From contig JBDTZG010000032.1 of NCBI GenBank assembly GCA_040005235.1, positions 1 to 57,900 on the forward strand: a stretch of 57,900 nucleotides of DNA, read 5' to 3'. A program made the position numbers and the translations under genes. Shown piece after piece: positions 57,815 to 57,900 of the stretch (its first letter is position 1; each line of letters begins with the position of its first letter). This DNA comes from Acidobacteriota bacterium (GTDB taxonomy: Bacteria; Acidobacteriota; Thermoanaerobaculia; Multivoradales; UBA5704). Under the pieces are notes generated by a model that searched no databases, was not told the origin of the DNA, and saw nothing but the letters and a program-made list of their open reading frames with translations.

Positions 57815-57900
57815 TCAATCCGCTCCGGGCGGAGGCTTCGGATGTTCCATGCCCTCCATGCCCTCCATGCCCTCCATGCCCTCCATGCCCTCCATGCCCT
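57815..57900 (-). CDS. 3' end of a gene with a Met-rich (MEG)n tail, truncated by window edge
   Basis: Minus frame reads ...MEGMEGMEGMEGMEGMEHPKPPPGAD-stop. Confidence 0.55.
   Translation of the reverse strand, partial: GMEGMEGMEGMEGMEGMEHPKPPPGAD
57847..57900. repeat. 9-bp tandem repeat (CCATGCCCT), at least 6 copies
   Basis: Six perfect copies run to the end of the window. Confidence 0.95.

Overview
High-GC Gram-negative bacterial chromosome segment, probably Acidobacteriota (Thermoanaerobaculia-like); this placement is inferred from gene content only. A housekeeping backbone (ssb, dtd, HU, TPR plus LolB-like pair, spoVG, tRNA-Gln(TTG), prs, rplY, pth, rpsF-rpsR-rplI) is interleaved with accessory blocks: a DosS/NarL-type two-component system, a CoA-ligase/CoxM/CoxS/amidase operon, a MacAB-TolC-type exporter, TonB-C and Sel1 proteins, a GT-C glycosyltransferase, amtB, a secreted FN3/WSC protein, fdrA-DUF1116-cyclase, atuA-type genes and an M48 protease. 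The best candidate for an undescribed system is 10815-14322. It holds an XRE-HTH/TPR regulator converging on a small secreted precursor with three repeated C-x-x-[DE]-P-V-G-x-C cores, flanked by a stand-alone TPR-like paralogue and a stand-alone HTH. This resembles RRNPP peptide signalling but in a diderm. Other notable items are an orphan Cys-rich double-Gly RiPP-like precursor (40207-40398, buried at the 3' end of a longer spurious ORF), a 7x41-bp palindromic tandem array, a single in-frame TGA splitting a ~996-aa secreted protein, and a -1 frameshifted secreted protein. No integrase, transposase, rRNA or CRISPR array was found.
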